Below, piece after piece: positions 1 to 11,304 of a stretch of 64,000 nucleotides of DNA (position 1 is the stretch's first letter; every line of letters starts with the position of its first letter). The notes under the pieces were generated by a model that was not told where the DNA came from, ran no database searches, and saw only the letters and a program-made list of their open reading frames with translations. This stretch comes from Trypanosoma brucei (taxonomy: Eukaryota). Made by a program: the position numbers and the translations under genes. Where the stretch lies: the NCBI GenBank assembly GCA_000002445.1, contig CH464491.1:2208001-2272000 (forward strand), in the 5' to 3' direction.

Positions 1-481
1 CGTAAGCGGCCCTGGTGTTTCTTCAAGTCGAAAAGAGTTCAGCACAGAAAACATTCTCGCTACGTGTGGTAATGAACCGCTTCCACAGGTAGGGAAGTCT
101 GTTTTCTTGCTTCGCATCGATAAATGTGAGCTGGTTTCCATCGGGCTTGTCGGCACGGAATCACCCGACCACGACGAACCACTAGAAAGGCAAACGAATG
201 CGATTGCTTATAGGAGTACCGGTGAATTGATTAGGTCCTTGAACAGCTCCAGTACTTTTTTTTCGGGCAATGGCTACAAAGGTCGCGATACCGTTATGGT
301 ACAGGTTTTGTTCAAGCCTGAAGGTGCTGCGCAGATTGAATTTTTCTGCAACGACGTGAAGACACATGAGACAGAGTGGCTTTCCCCAGTTCCACCACTG
401 CGATTTGCGGTGAGTTTGCACGGCGTCTCGGCTGTCGTAATTGAGAGATGTGTCGCAGGTGTTAAAGACGAGGATATGTAG
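1..481 (+). CDS. C-terminal fragment of an upstream gene that opens before the window; product unknown
   Basis: The reading frame starting at position 2 has no stop until the TAG at 479-481. The listed ORF at 107..481 is only the internal-Met part of it. The gene lies on the same strand as all its neighbours. I recognise no domain. Confidence 0.4.
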   Translation, partial: VSGPGVSSSRKEFSTENILATCGNEPLPQVGKSVFLLRIDKCELVSIGLVGTESPDHDEPLERQTNAIAYRSTGELIRSLNSSSTFFSGNGYKGRDTVMVQVLFKPEGAAQIEFFCNDVKTHETEWLSPVPPLRFAVSLHGVSAVVIERCVAGVKDEDM

Positions 482-1694
482 TTTCTAAACGCACATTGGT
501 GTTGTATGCGACCGGGGGTGTTTTACCCTTCTGTGTGGTGACCACGCTGCTGCAGAGTGGAGTTTGTTCGCAACTAAGTTCCTGGAACGGGCGTTTCGCA
601 GATATGGAGTTTTAATCCTTTTCCATAGGGCAGACGCACCACGTTTGTCGCACTCTGCATCATTTTCTTTTGGTCACCTTTTTTTCTTTTCCAGGTTGTT
701 CGTTGCACATGTCGATCCCGACACATTATCAATCCGCTCTTGGTGTCTTTCATCGTGGTGGTTGACTCGGTTTCGCACGTGCTCTTTTCCCCTTTTTTGT
801 CTCGCATTCTTATTCTCTGGCAGCGTCGTCAACCGTTGTGACTCCTGGAGGGTGGAGCGAGAGGCATGAGTGTGGTAGGTGACGATATTACATTTCTTGT
901 TTTTTTTTTTGGTCATCATATCTGTCCGCAACTGCCCTGCGGTGTGCGCGTGGCCAATGGAAGTGCGGGAGATTAAATGCTGTATATCCATGAGTTACTT
1001 CTTTTCTGCACTCCTAAGCGTTGGGTCTGCAAGTCTCTTGTATCAGACCCCTAATTTCTCCTTCTTGCTATCGTCGAATCATGTTCATCCCACCCTCTTC
1101 TACATGCCTGTGTATTGACCCCCGTTTACAATGATTATTGAACTGTTCTTCGTCATATATGTTTGCAAACGGGAGAGCAAGAGTGCAATCACAAAACAAA
1201 CCAATCAACTTTTAGGTTAGAGGGGTTGTCTAATTACACAAGGCTAACCAGGAGGCCCAACCCGCGGTAAGAAAGAAGTGAGAAAAGGGGCATATTAGCA
1301 AGGGGCGAGGGAAAGAAAGATCCAAACTGCTAGGTGTGTAGGCTTGTCGCTGCATTGAGGGTTGCAGGGGGGAAAAAAGGAGGGGAGAGTAGAAAAGAAC
1401 TCTCGGTGAGGAGTGTTAGGGGACCAGAGGAAGGTGAAGGGTTCCTTCGCTTCGGAGTAAATACATTTGTAACAGGGTGATAACCGTCGCGGTAAGCTGA
1501 AACAACGGAGGCGGACGAACGAGAAGCAAATTGGATAGGTTTAAGTAGTTGTTGTACCGAAAGACGGCGGGTTCAAAAACAAAATAGCAAGTCAAGGAAG
1601 AAGGGAGGCCGAATAGAACGAGAGGGAGGGAGGCGAAGAACGCGCATACATATACAAGTTCCTATATATAAACCTTTGGCGCTCCCGGAGCATA

Positions 1695-2606
1695 ATGTCT
1701 GTAGATGTCGATGCCATTATCGACAAGCTTCTCGAAGTTCGTCTGTCAAAGCCAGGAAAGCAGGTGAGCCTGTCTGAAAACGATGTTAAAAACCTTGTCA
1801 TGCGAAGTCGTGAGATCCTTCTTTCACAACCAGCATTGCTCGAACTTGAAGCCCCTATTAAAATATGTGGGGACATCCACGGGCAGTACTACGATTTGAT
1901 TCGTCTATTTGACAACGGTGGTTTTCCACCTTCCGCCAACTATCTTTTCCTCGGGGATTACGTAGACCGTGGCAAGCAGGGACTGGAGACGATTTGTCTT
2001 GTCCTCGCGTTTAAGGTGAAGTTCCCCGAGAACTTTTTTATATTACGTGGTAATCACGAATGCGCCAGCATCAACCGCATCTACGGTTTTTTTGACGAAT
2101 GCAAGAGGCGCTACAACATTCGGCTGTGGAAGGTGTTCACCGACACTTTCAACTGCCTTCCCGTTGCGTGCATTATTGACGATAAGATTTTCTGCTGTCA
2201 CGGCGGGCTTTCCCCTGACCTGCAGTCAATGGAGCAAATTAAAAAGATTGAACGCCCATGCGACGTTGCTGACACGGGACTCATATGCGATTTACTCTGG
2301 TCGGATCCGGAGGAGGGTCTCTCAGGCTGGGGCGAGAACGATCGTGGTGTGTCCTACACGTTTGGCCAAGATATCGTAGCGAAGTTTCTTAGCAGGCACG
2401 ACTTTGATTTGATCGTGCGTGCGCATCAGGTAGTGGAAGATGGCTATCAGTTTTTCGCTACGCGGCAGCTGATAACAATATTCTCGGCGCCCAACTATTG
2501 CAACGAGTTTGACAACAGCGGTGCAGTAATGTCTGTAGATGCGGACCTTCTGTGCTCCTTCCAAATCCTTAAGCCATCCGTAAAGAAGCCCAAGTACTTT
2601 CAGTAG
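1695..2606 (+). CDS. Serine/threonine protein phosphatase PP1 catalytic subunit
   Basis: The 303-aa product carries the PPP-family metallophosphatase motifs GDIHGQ, GDYVDRG, LRGNHE, HGG and SAPNYC, and is close to full-length PP1c. A purine-rich candidate 5'UTR is preceded by polypyrimidine tracts at about 660-920. Confidence 0.95.
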   Translation: MSVDVDAIIDKLLEVRLSKPGKQVSLSENDVKNLVMRSREILLSQPALLELEAPIKICGDIHGQYYDLIRLFDNGGFPPSANYLFLGDYVDRGKQGLETICLVLAFKVKFPENFFILRGNHECASINRIYGFFDECKRRYNIRLWKVFTDTFNCLPVACIIDDKIFCCHGGLSPDLQSMEQIKKIERPCDVADTGLICDLLWSDPEEGLSGWGENDRGVSYTFGQDIVAKFLSRHDFDLIVRAHQVVEDGYQFFATRQLITIFSAPNYCNEFDNSGAVMSVDADLLCSFQILKPSVKKPKYFQ

Positions 2607-5520
2607 ATTGGAAGGAGCAGGATGCTACGCCCTCACTGCGTGTCACGAAGCCTCTGTTGGCAGCGGTAAGGATGAGGAGATGCTATTGCAACTGGCTACT
2701 GCAAAGCGCATAACTGGTGTGGTTGCCGGGGTGGGTGCATGTTAAAGCAACAGCAAAACAACAACAACAAGGTGGTGAGAGGATCGCATGCCCTTCTTTA
2801 TGTGACAGCGGTAACAGAGGAGAGATTATAAGGAGTGGCTGCAGGCACGAATGTGCCGCGTCACGACGCTTGACGAGTGCTTGGAAGGGTGCAGTGCGGA
2901 TCAAGAAGAGGCATGTGGCCATCATCTTCTGTTAGTTAGTGGCTGCGAAAAAAAAAAGACACTGGTGAATAAGATCAAGGTAAATGCAGAAAATATGTAA
3001 TCGAGTGGGTTCACATTTACATGGAGGCAGAAAATAATGGGTGGTGTTGGTCATGAGAGCAGCGAGAAGCACCTCAAAGGATCTTTACGGAAAGTCTGAG
3101 GGAGAAGCAAAGTTGACGTCGGTTACCGTTTGTATTCTACAGTTTCTTGAGACAACCCCGTCTGCGAACGGAGTCTCTTGACCCTTTCAGCCACTTCCCA
3201 ACCAGCCCTCTTCTCCCCTTTCACGTTATTTATTCTCGGCGGGGTCGGGGCGCGTGTTCCGGTACACAGCACCCCATGAGTACGCACAACTTCCATTCTG
3301 CGCTACAGTTGTATGTACTCCGCCGTCGACTCACCGTCTCCCCTTTTTTGTTTGGTGCTCTGTTTGTGTATGTGTGTGCCCGTGTGTGTGGTGGAATTTG
3401 CGTGGAGGAGCGGTTTTCGGTGGCTCCTCACAAGGAGTAGGAAATGAATGTATAAGGCCGATGACTCCCCAATAGAACCTCTGGCACTTTGTTTAGTTAA
3501 ATATTCCCTGTCAATATTATAATTATTGCCACTTCCTTGTGTGTTTGCGCGTGTTTTTTTTCAACCTTTTTTTCTTGAGTACCACGTCGGGGCGATGGAA
3601 GCGCTACGTGGTTGCGAAAATGACATGCCTCAGTCTGCGTGCGCTTGGGGGGGAGGGGGCGTGTCACCTTGTTTCGCTGTGCCTGCCGTTTAACTATATT
3701 TCCATGTACTTTTCCGGAAGTGACGTCAGTTGTTAAGGTTTTTTTTTGGAGTTGTTGTTGCGGCGGTAGTTAGGGTGCGAAAACTTTTTTTGCTGTCTTT
3801 TAGTTCCATTTTCGCTGACTTCTTGTAGGCCTTTGACGTGGTCGGTCGTCGTGTGCGGTGCTGTGGGGAGGCTGAGAGGGATATACTTTTGCGTTTGAAC
3901 GCCTAGCCCTTTCCTTTCTTTTTGTGCGGTGGCGCATATAGGGGTTGCGCATCCTGCTTGAGAGTCAACTGAAGAGTGCACTTGAATGAAGAAGCAAAAC
4001 CTCTGCAACGAAGAAAGGGTGAAAGTTATAAGTGTAGGAAAGAAGCGGGAAGCAACCATTGCGGTGTTACCCTCTGCGAGAGGAGGGCATATATACGTGT
4101 GCACATTAGGGGATCGGGGTGCATTACTGTTCACCACTGCAACCTATACTTTGAGTGTAGGTATTACACTTCCTAAGGTTGTTTTCCATCCCGTGGACAC
4201 TGTGAGAACGGGGCGTAGAATTAGTGATATGACCTTGCGAATTACAACTCAGGCACTCACGCACTTTTGCTTGTGTCTGTATACGTTTGGATGGCGAGGA
4301 GGACCTGCCCGTCTCTTTCATTCCGTTTGTAGTGGCACTGGGTTTTACTGATATTTGTTCACACCTTTTTTTATATATTTTCACAACCCCTCGGCCCTTT
4401 CCTTTTCCCTTGCCCCCCTTGGTCTAACTTCCGCTTTTCGGTTTGCTTGAGGTGCTGGATGGTTCAGATCAGGCAATGATGTGAGAATTACATTCGATAA
4501 AGGAGAAAGTGGGTACTCAGCTGTGAAAGAGTTGGCGGACGTAAGGGAAATTCTGTTAAGCAATAAAAAAGTAAGAAGGAGAACAAAGTTTAAGATGACG
4601 GTAAAGGGGGCAGGTGGGTGTATATTCTTTTCAGGTTCTCCCCCGCTCCAAAGGTGATGAGAAGATGCGATGGTGGGAAAGTGGACAGGATGATTGGCAG
4701 GGGAGGAAAGAGGATGGACTGACAGCAAGTGGGTGACAAGTGGGAAGCGTAGACATGGTTGGTGTATAGGTGTACTCTAAGAGCGGTTAAGGGGAATTTT
4801 CTTTTTTTTTTTTTACAAGAGAGTATGGGGTGGTGATTGTGGTTAACGAGGCCTCTGGTGATGCACCGGTGTGCCCTCCGGGTAACTTGTGCCCCAGTGG
4901 TAAATCCTTGTTTATGCATTTTTCTGCCGTATATCTCTAGTTTTTTCAGGTGTCACCTTTCCTTTACCCATATGTTTGCCGTACCTGTTGTTTTGCAACC
5001 TCCAACGCTTCCCACCGTGCATTCGTTGATTTGCTTTTTGTTTTTCTTTCAATTTAAATATGATCGAACACTTAACTGCCCATATCCCCGATGTGACGAC
5101 AGCATATTTTCAAGGGTTGTTCACGCTGGTTAGTCGTGTGTTGCCACGATTTTTTGAGTGCGTTTGTGATATTTATGGTGATACTGTGTTAGCCCTTGTT
5201 ACTTTTACAGTTCCACTTGTTTTTGAACGATTTGTGCAAATGACTGTTCGTTGGTGCGCTCATACACACTTAAGTAAGTGGCCGAGGTTGCGTACGGCCA
5301 GCCTCCTATGCCATCACGTGTTTAGTGGCTTTGCGTGTTCACGGATCTTTCCATTTGTTTGATATGAAAATAGAGCTTAGGTGGGCTGTGGAATGTCTCG
5401 TTGCAGTTCCTCGAGAAGGAAGGCAGCAATGTAAGGTTCGTGTCTATGTCTGTTGTATCCAACTTCCCTGTTCTTTCTGCTCACGTTGACTATGCCATGG
5501 AAAGTTAGATTTTCTGTTGA

Positions 5521-5578
5521 TCTTTCCTTTTACCCCCTTGTCTTCCTTCTACAATCGCTTTTTCCTCCGCACACATGT
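5521..5578 (+). promoter_or_regulatory. Polypyrimidine tract with downstream AG, candidate trans-splice acceptor for the ankyrin-repeat gene
   Basis: The run tctttccttttacccccttgtcttccttctacaatcgctttttcctcc is followed by an AG dinucleotide about 30 nt upstream of the ATG at 5625. This arrangement is the typical kinetoplastid spliced-leader addition signal. Confidence 0.45.
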
Positions 5579-5624
5579 ATGTTCGGGTGGAAAGACAGCT
5601 GTTGAGTCGCCAAAGGTGATTTAG

Positions 5625-6251
5625 ATGGCAGATGATGAACCCGAATACCGTGAGGCAGCGAATCCGATAGAGGCTTTCATTGACTGCGCACGTTACGACG
5701 AGCCTGGGGATGCCGAGGCGCTACGCACACTTTTATCAAATTCTCCGTCGTTCCTCAACTCTCAGGACGAGCAGGGACGAACCGCCCTACACGTAGCTGC
5801 GGCAAATGGTCGTTTGAAAGTACTCGAAACGCTCTTAGGATATAATCCAACACCTGATGTACCGAACAATGAAGGCAACACCGCTTTGCATTTCGCGGCG
5901 CTTAACAATCAGACGGCTGCTGCTCGATTGCTTTTAAGGCACGGATGGCGCGCGTCTGCAAGAAACGCTTTCAATAAAACCCCAATTCAACTCATTTACG
6001 GTAAGCAGTTCGAGGATATGGAGCTACTGCTTCTAGGCCACGACGACGAGTTGGAACAATTCAGTGGTCAGGCGAGTCAGGCAGCGCGCGGCCCAGCGGT
6101 GGTAAATGAGGCAACTGTGCAGCAGCAACCTGCTGTAGAAGCGGAGCGTGCTACAAATGCGGAGCAGCCTCGTGTAAATCCTGTTCAGAAGGAACAGGAA
6201 AGTGATCCCACGACGCTACTGGGCTCCGTGGGTGTTGATGAAATCGAATGA
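5625..6251 (+). CDS. Ankyrin-repeat protein
   Basis: The 208-aa product contains three to four ANK repeats (TALHVAAANGRLKVLETLL, NTALHFAALNNQTAAARLLLRHG), followed by an acidic and Q-rich tail. Confidence 0.8.
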   Translation: MADDEPEYREAANPIEAFIDCARYDEPGDAEALRTLLSNSPSFLNSQDEQGRTALHVAAANGRLKVLETLLGYNPTPDVPNNEGNTALHFAALNNQTAAARLLLRHGWRASARNAFNKTPIQLIYGKQFEDMELLLLGHDDELEQFSGQASQAARGPAVVNEATVQQQPAVEAERATNAEQPRVNPVQKEQESDPTTLLGSVGVDEIE

Positions 6252-6479
6252 TGGTCCGCTTTGGTTTACTGTTTTCTTCGTCGTTTGAGTATATGCCGGG
6301 TATAAATAACGGACACTAATAAGTACAGTCCGACGGTACGTTCAATCTTATGGAAGGCGACGCGTGTATCTTTGGGTATAAAAATCTTTGGCTGATGCTC
6401 TGCCCACCTTACGGTTACCTAAACTTCCTTTTTTGACGCTACCTTTTTTGTTCTATTTTTTAACCGCGGCAGTAATGTT

Positions 6480-7496
6480 ATGGAGCCAAGGCGTTGGCGC
6501 CCACGGTTCTTCAACCCCTTTACCGAAAGAAGACGGCGGAGCTCACACCTCCCTGTTTATCGTGGGTTCTTTCGTGTGATGCCGCTGCATCGATGGAGCC
6601 TCAACAACATACAAGCTGTTCTTGGTTACGCGGCGGCAAACCCCTCGCTTTTTGGTTTTCCTGAGCAGCCCACTTGCATTGTGAACACAGCGTATTTTCT
6701 TCCCTCTCACCGTAGTCGACAACGCGGTATTTGGGTTTTTGGGACAGAGAGGGGTTGTAAAAGCATTGTTGTTCCCTCGTCATGCAACGGAGGACAATTT
6801 GACGCAATGGACGCGAAACTGATGGAGCCGCTCTTCCGCTGGAATCCCGGTGTGGAATACATTTATCTTTCGCAAAATTGCCAAGCAATGGCATCACAGT
6901 TGGTACCTTATTTGCAACGCTGCACGCAGCTAAGGACCCTCACATTGGAAGGGTGGAACGATGCTGTGGCCATTCACCGGGTTGTAATTGCCTGCAAACA
7001 CGTTGACACTCTAGACGCCTTTTCATTTGACGATCCCGTACGTCAGTGGAAGAATGAGCTATCTGTACAGGCCCTCAACACTCTCATCGAAATGCATCCA
7101 AAACTTATTTGTGTGAAGGCGACGCGGGTTTACCTTACCGATTGGTACGAGGCCACCCAATTCTCTCGCTGTAAGCACAACATTGCGCTCGTCCCCTTCA
7201 CATGTGATTTTGTGCTGCTGCACTATGGTTTTTTTTTACTTCTTGTGTCAGTTGTCGCGTACGCGGTGTACAGAGAAACGTGGTGGTTGCTGCGGGACAC
7301 GTGCAGCCGGGCATACCTACCTTTCTGGTCTGCTCTTGCTGCCGTCGGCACATTTACAGTAATTGTAGCTCTCGACGTGGCTGGATGGAGGAGCTATGGT
7401 CGGGCGTGGGTTCACATGCACAAATACGTCATCATTGCACGCCGCCGGTGGGATATGATACGGGGACGTCATCACAAGTCGCTCATGTTGGTTTGA
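6480..7496 (+). CDS. Hypothetical membrane protein with an LRR-like central region and two or more C-terminal hydrophobic helices
   Basis: The 338-aa ORF has a leucine-rich segment (LRTLTLEGWNDAVAIH...) and predicted transmembrane helices (FVLLHYGFFLLLVSVVAYAVY and FWSALAAVGTFTVIVAL). The start codon is uncertain, since an ORF at 6388 overlaps it. A polypyrimidine tract lies at 6423-6465. Confidence 0.45.
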   Translation: MEPRRWRPRFFNPFTERRRRSSHLPVYRGFFRVMPLHRWSLNNIQAVLGYAAANPSLFGFPEQPTCIVNTAYFLPSHRSRQRGIWVFGTERGCKSIVVPSSCNGGQFDAMDAKLMEPLFRWNPGVEYIYLSQNCQAMASQLVPYLQRCTQLRTLTLEGWNDAVAIHRVVIACKHVDTLDAFSFDDPVRQWKNELSVQALNTLIEMHPKLICVKATRVYLTDWYEATQFSRCKHNIALVPFTCDFVLLHYGFFLLLVSVVAYAVYRETWWLLRDTCSRAYLPFWSALAAVGTFTVIVALDVAGWRSYGRAWVHMHKYVIIARRRWDMIRGRHHKSLMLV

Positions 7497-7916
7497 TTCT
7501 TTTCTCACATGTGGAAAATGTCTTCCCTACCTGGGGGGGGGGTTTGGTGGTGGCAGGGAAGAGTTGTGATGAGCTGCATTCTTTGTTGTTGGAATGGTTG
7601 TTTGGCAGCGGAGCCAGGACGGCGTCCCGTTTCTGCTGCTTTACTGTGAAACTGGAGCGACCGCAGTTGTGTTTGAGAGTTTTGTTCTTATGCGTTTCCT
7701 TGTCCTTTACTTTACCTGCATGATTTGAAGACGAGATATTTCTCAAGTTGCTAAATCGATTGATGAATTTGTGCCTCTTCAGAAGAACCCTTCTTGTTAA
7801 TCTTTCTCTTATAAACATACACTTGCACGCGTGCGTGCACGAACAATGGTGTCTCTGTGCGGAGGGATAGTGGCGACAGTTATTTGATACTTTGAGGCCG
7901 GGAACGGTGTAGTGCG

Positions 7917-8900
7917 ATGTCTAATGTTGCTTTTGACTCGGGGCACTCTGCCAACATTACTGATGCTGCGGTAGATACGTCGGGAAAGTTGGTGGCATCC
8001 TCTGGAGAGGATGGAACCATTCGCATTTTTGCCGTTCAGTCCGCCCCCCATGACGAAGGGAGCGAGAACGTTGACAGTGACTGGAAACTACTCACTGTTC
8101 TCGCTGGTCATACGGGAAGTGTGGTGTGCGTGGCATGGGCGCCTCCGCAGCACTACATCTCAGCCCTTCTTTCTTGTGGGGAGGATGGCCAGGTGATTTT
8201 GTGGAGTGATGTTGGGAACGACTCGCGGGAATGGACAAAAGTATACACGGCCGCACTCCCATCGCCCATATGGTGCGCTGCTTGGGCCCCGCCAGCTTAC
8301 GGTAAGATGTTCGCTGTTGGATGCAAAAATGGAGCTGTTGTTATCTTTACTGGTGAACTGCAACGGTGGGAACGCAGTGAGTTTAGTGCCCATCGCAGTG
8401 GTTGTTTTTGCCTTTCGTGGGGCCCGTCCATGCCACCAGGGGCGTTGTTTACATTGCCTCTGGAGGAAGACCCGCAAGCACTGCGATCACAAGATCAACA
8501 ACCGGGCCTGCCGATCGCTCCACCGCGTATTACAACGTGCGGAGGGGAGCGCGTCGTGACGGTGTGGACTCGAACTGCGGATGGCTGGCAGCCATTGGAG
8601 TTGCCCGTAGGGGTTGAGGCATCATGGAGAGAAGTAGCGTGGGCACCCGGGCTTGGGACTCCTTATACGTACATCGCTGCTGGTTCTGAAGAGGGTTTCG
8701 TGGCGGTGTGGTCGCATGACGGCACACCTGTGGGAGAGTGGGTCCGCGTGTTATTATGTCAGCAAGAGGATAGTATAACGAAACTTTCTTGGTCGCCTGT
8801 GGGCACCTTTTTGCTAGTGTCTTGTGCGAACGGAACCGCAAGCATGTGGCAGGAGTCAGCAGGGGGACAGGAGTGGGAACGTTCGTGTAAGCTACCTTAA
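7917..8900 (+). CDS. SEC13: Sec13-family WD40 protein (COPII coat / nuclear-pore outer-ring component)
   Basis: The 327-aa product has the characteristic Sec13 repeats: LAGHTGSVVCVAWAPPQHYISALLSCGEDGQVILWSD, IWCAAWAPPAYGKMFAVGCKNGAVVIF, and a C-terminal LSWSPVGTFLLVSCANGTASMWQES matching the Sec13 motif VSWS...LAVSGGDNKVTLWKES. Confidence 0.78.
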   Translation: MSNVAFDSGHSANITDAAVDTSGKLVASSGEDGTIRIFAVQSAPHDEGSENVDSDWKLLTVLAGHTGSVVCVAWAPPQHYISALLSCGEDGQVILWSDVGNDSREWTKVYTAALPSPIWCAAWAPPAYGKMFAVGCKNGAVVIFTGELQRWERSEFSAHRSGCFCLSWGPSMPPGALFTLPLEEDPQALRSQDQQPGLPIAPPRITTCGGERVVTVWTRTADGWQPLELPVGVEASWREVAWAPGLGTPYTYIAAGSEEGFVAVWSHDGTPVGEWVRVLLCQQEDSITKLSWSPVGTFLLVSCANGTASMWQESAGGQEWERSCKLP

Positions 8901-9376
8901 TTGTTGTGCACATGTGTGTTGCCTCCGCGGAGAAAGGAAGGGGGACATGAGAACTGAGGTAATACCGTCTGCTTGTAGGGTCGGTTGAGCGTCGCTTCCT
9001 GAACGGAGGTATTAAAGGGAGTCGCTTTTCGCTGTCCCTTCTTGGTTTGGCATCCCTCAGATGCCCTTTTCCTTTTACACTACGTGCCATTACCGCCCTT
9101 TTGCTTCCTATGGAAATGTTGTGGTGGAGGGTGGTTTAGAGCCAGCAGTGCCACGGACCGGGTTTTCACTATTTTTAAAAAAAGAAATAGCGAGGAAACA
9201 GGGAACAATAAGTGACATTTTTTTTCCAGTTTAGAGTGCGCGTATGCGTGGAGCCCCTAGTGTTGAAAAATCCTTGTCTTATGTTTCCAATACCCGTATA
9301 CGTCTCCACCCTCGAATCATCTCTTGCTCTATCTTTTCCACGCTAGTGTGTTGCTTATTAAGCAGTAAAGCCGACA

Positions 9377-9583
9377 ATGGACTTTTTATTCGGCACCATG
9401 TTTTTCGCCGCCACCGGAGCATTGGGCGTGTTCTTTACTCCTTTTCTTACGAGGGACCTGGTAGGCCTTGTGCGTATACTCTGCGTCACAGCAGCCTTCT
9501 GCTGCTGGCTTTCATGGGCGCTTATTTACCTGTCGCAGGTACATCCCCTATTGATACCAACACGAAACATCAAAAAAGAATAG
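9377..9583 (+). CDS. V-type H+-ATPase V0 subunit e (Vma9/ATP6V0E-like), a small protein with two transmembrane helices
   Basis: The 68-aa product has two hydrophobic helices. The segment LVRILCVTAAFCCWLSWALIYLSQVHPLLIP aligns with ATP6V0E1 [31 protein letters not shown]. A polypyrimidine tract and AG immediately precede the ATG. Confidence 0.6.
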   Translation: MDFLFGTMFFAATGALGVFFTPFLTRDLVGLVRILCVTAAFCCWLSWALIYLSQVHPLLIPTRNIKKE

Positions 9584-10644
9584 TGCCACCACTGCGAAGT
9601 TGTTTGGTGGTATTAACAACGGGTAGGGGTGTGGTGTGGGGTTGCGACAAAGGAGAGATTTTGATGGGAAAGCGAAGGAATTTGCTTCAATAGAAACATT
9701 CGCAACCCCCAGAGAAGTGTTGTGTGTTGAATGCAGATATGCTGGGAAGTGTAACGCGGGCTTTCACTAGATGACAGGAGGGGGTGCTGGAAAATATGTG
9801 TCGGCTGTCGGTGCTTGCAGAGCAGAGAAGGTGAAAATAATTTGCCATGTGGGGTGGAAATGAGGGATAGAAAGGGGTTTAAGACCTGCGGTTTTTTAAA
9901 AATTATCCCGTCTGACCCCCAAAAAAGTTGTTTTGCTTTTCTTTTTTTTACTATACTGTGTGGCGAAGGGACGTGGGGAGTGTCGTTGTATGCAATGCTG
10001 AAGAGGAAGATCGAAGTACCAAAGCGGATCTAACTGCCTACTGCCGGTGAACTGCCGTTCGACTCCATGTGGTGCTTTGATGGTGAAGGGTGAAGGTGAA
10101 GGGGAGAAAGGAGGGAAAGAAGGGATATGTTGAAGCACTTTTGTGGATGCCTTCTTAATGTGCTTCATACGACTGCTGTCAAGCCAAAGAGAGTTGCTTA
10201 TATACAATATGCCTTCCTCTTTTTACGGCAATTACTATATCACTAACTCCCGTTGGCGTTGTATCTCTTGTCTTGTCCCTTTTTTGTTTCTTTCCTCCCG
10301 TTTGGGTTTGCTTGTGCCCAATGATATCTGTACGTGTGTTTCACTCTGTGCTCAATGTCGGCGTTTTTGTCATGCAGACCAGCTATAGCTGTAAAAAAAA
10401 AACAGTATGCGGTACAACTTCTTCTGAATATCATTTTTTTTTTTTTGACGGGGGCGCTGGTTATTGATCGTTACGACTGAAGTTCAAAAGGACTATCACT
10501 TGGCGAAGGCTATTTGAAATTAGTAGCATACACGGAGACATAAACACAAACACAGAAGAGTCAGGAGGGAAAACATTAGTGAAGCGAGTAGAGGACCCCA
10601 ACTGGAGCGTTTTGTAACGAAGTTGCATACCATCATCCGTTACC

Positions 10645-11304
10645 ATGATGTACATTCGTACCTTCGGTGACATGCTTCACCTCCTGGCTATTTTTATTCT
10701 ACTAGGAAAGATGCTGCGGGGGCGTTCTGCTGCGGGTCTTTCTCTTAAAACGCAATTTCTTTTTGCTCTTGTCTTCACGACGCGGTACCTTGACCTGTTT
10801 TTGTCCTTTATTTCTGTGTACAACACCATGATGAAGATATTTTTTCTCGCAACCTCGTGGCATATTTGTTACCTAATGCGTTGTAAAAGCCCGTGGAAGA
10901 CAACCTATGACCACGAGAACGACACCTTCCGCATCCGTTACCTGATCATTCCCTCGTTTGTTCTCGCCCTTCTTTTCAACGGTCACCAGCATGGCATGTG
11001 GGTGATGGACGTGTTATGGGCATTTTCGCAGTACCTGGAGTCTGTGGCTATTCTACCACAAATCTTCTTACTGGAATATACAGAACGCTACGAAGCACTC
11101 ACATCGCATTACCTCGCCGCCATGGGTGCCTACCGCCTCTTTTACCTTATACATTGGATTGCTCGCTATTTCGTGCACGGAAGCGTTAATGCTGTCTCTG
11201 TGTGCGCTGGCGTGCTTCAGACAGTGTTGTACGTTGACTTCTTTTACCACTACATCAGCCAGGTTGTGTGGCGCGCTAAGCAGCGATATGATTTGGCGCG
11301 ATGA
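10645..11304 (+). CDS. ERD2: ER lumen protein-retaining receptor (KDEL receptor, ERD2)
   Basis: The 219-aa product has seven transmembrane segments. Its N-terminus FGDMLHLLAIFILLGKMLRGRSAAGLSLKTQFLFALVFTTRYLDLF matches the ERD2 consensus GDLSHLAAI..LL.KIW.TRSC.GIS.KSQ.LFALVFTTRYLDLF. Confidence 0.92.
   Translation: MMYIRTFGDMLHLLAIFILLGKMLRGRSAAGLSLKTQFLFALVFTTRYLDLFLSFISVYNTMMKIFFLATSWHICYLMRCKSPWKTTYDHENDTFRIRYLIIPSFVLALLFNGHQHGMWVMDVLWAFSQYLESVAILPQIFLLEYTERYEALTSHYLAAMGAYRLFYLIHWIARYFVHGSVNAVSVCAGVLQTVLYVDFFYHYISQVVWRAKQRYDLAR

Noticed and set aside
6388-6579. A 63-aa ORF overlapping the start of the 6480..7496 gene.
   Set aside because: It is a pyrimidine-tract-derived, F/L-rich ORF in the candidate splice-acceptor region. 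It more likely belongs to the 5' flank or UTR than to a separate gene.
9244-9693. A 149-aa + strand ORF overlapping the V-ATPase subunit e ORF in a different frame.
   Set aside because: I recognise no similarity, and the composition is odd (C/L/R-rich). The overlapping 68-aa frame has a clear homolog. The longer ORF is judged spurious.
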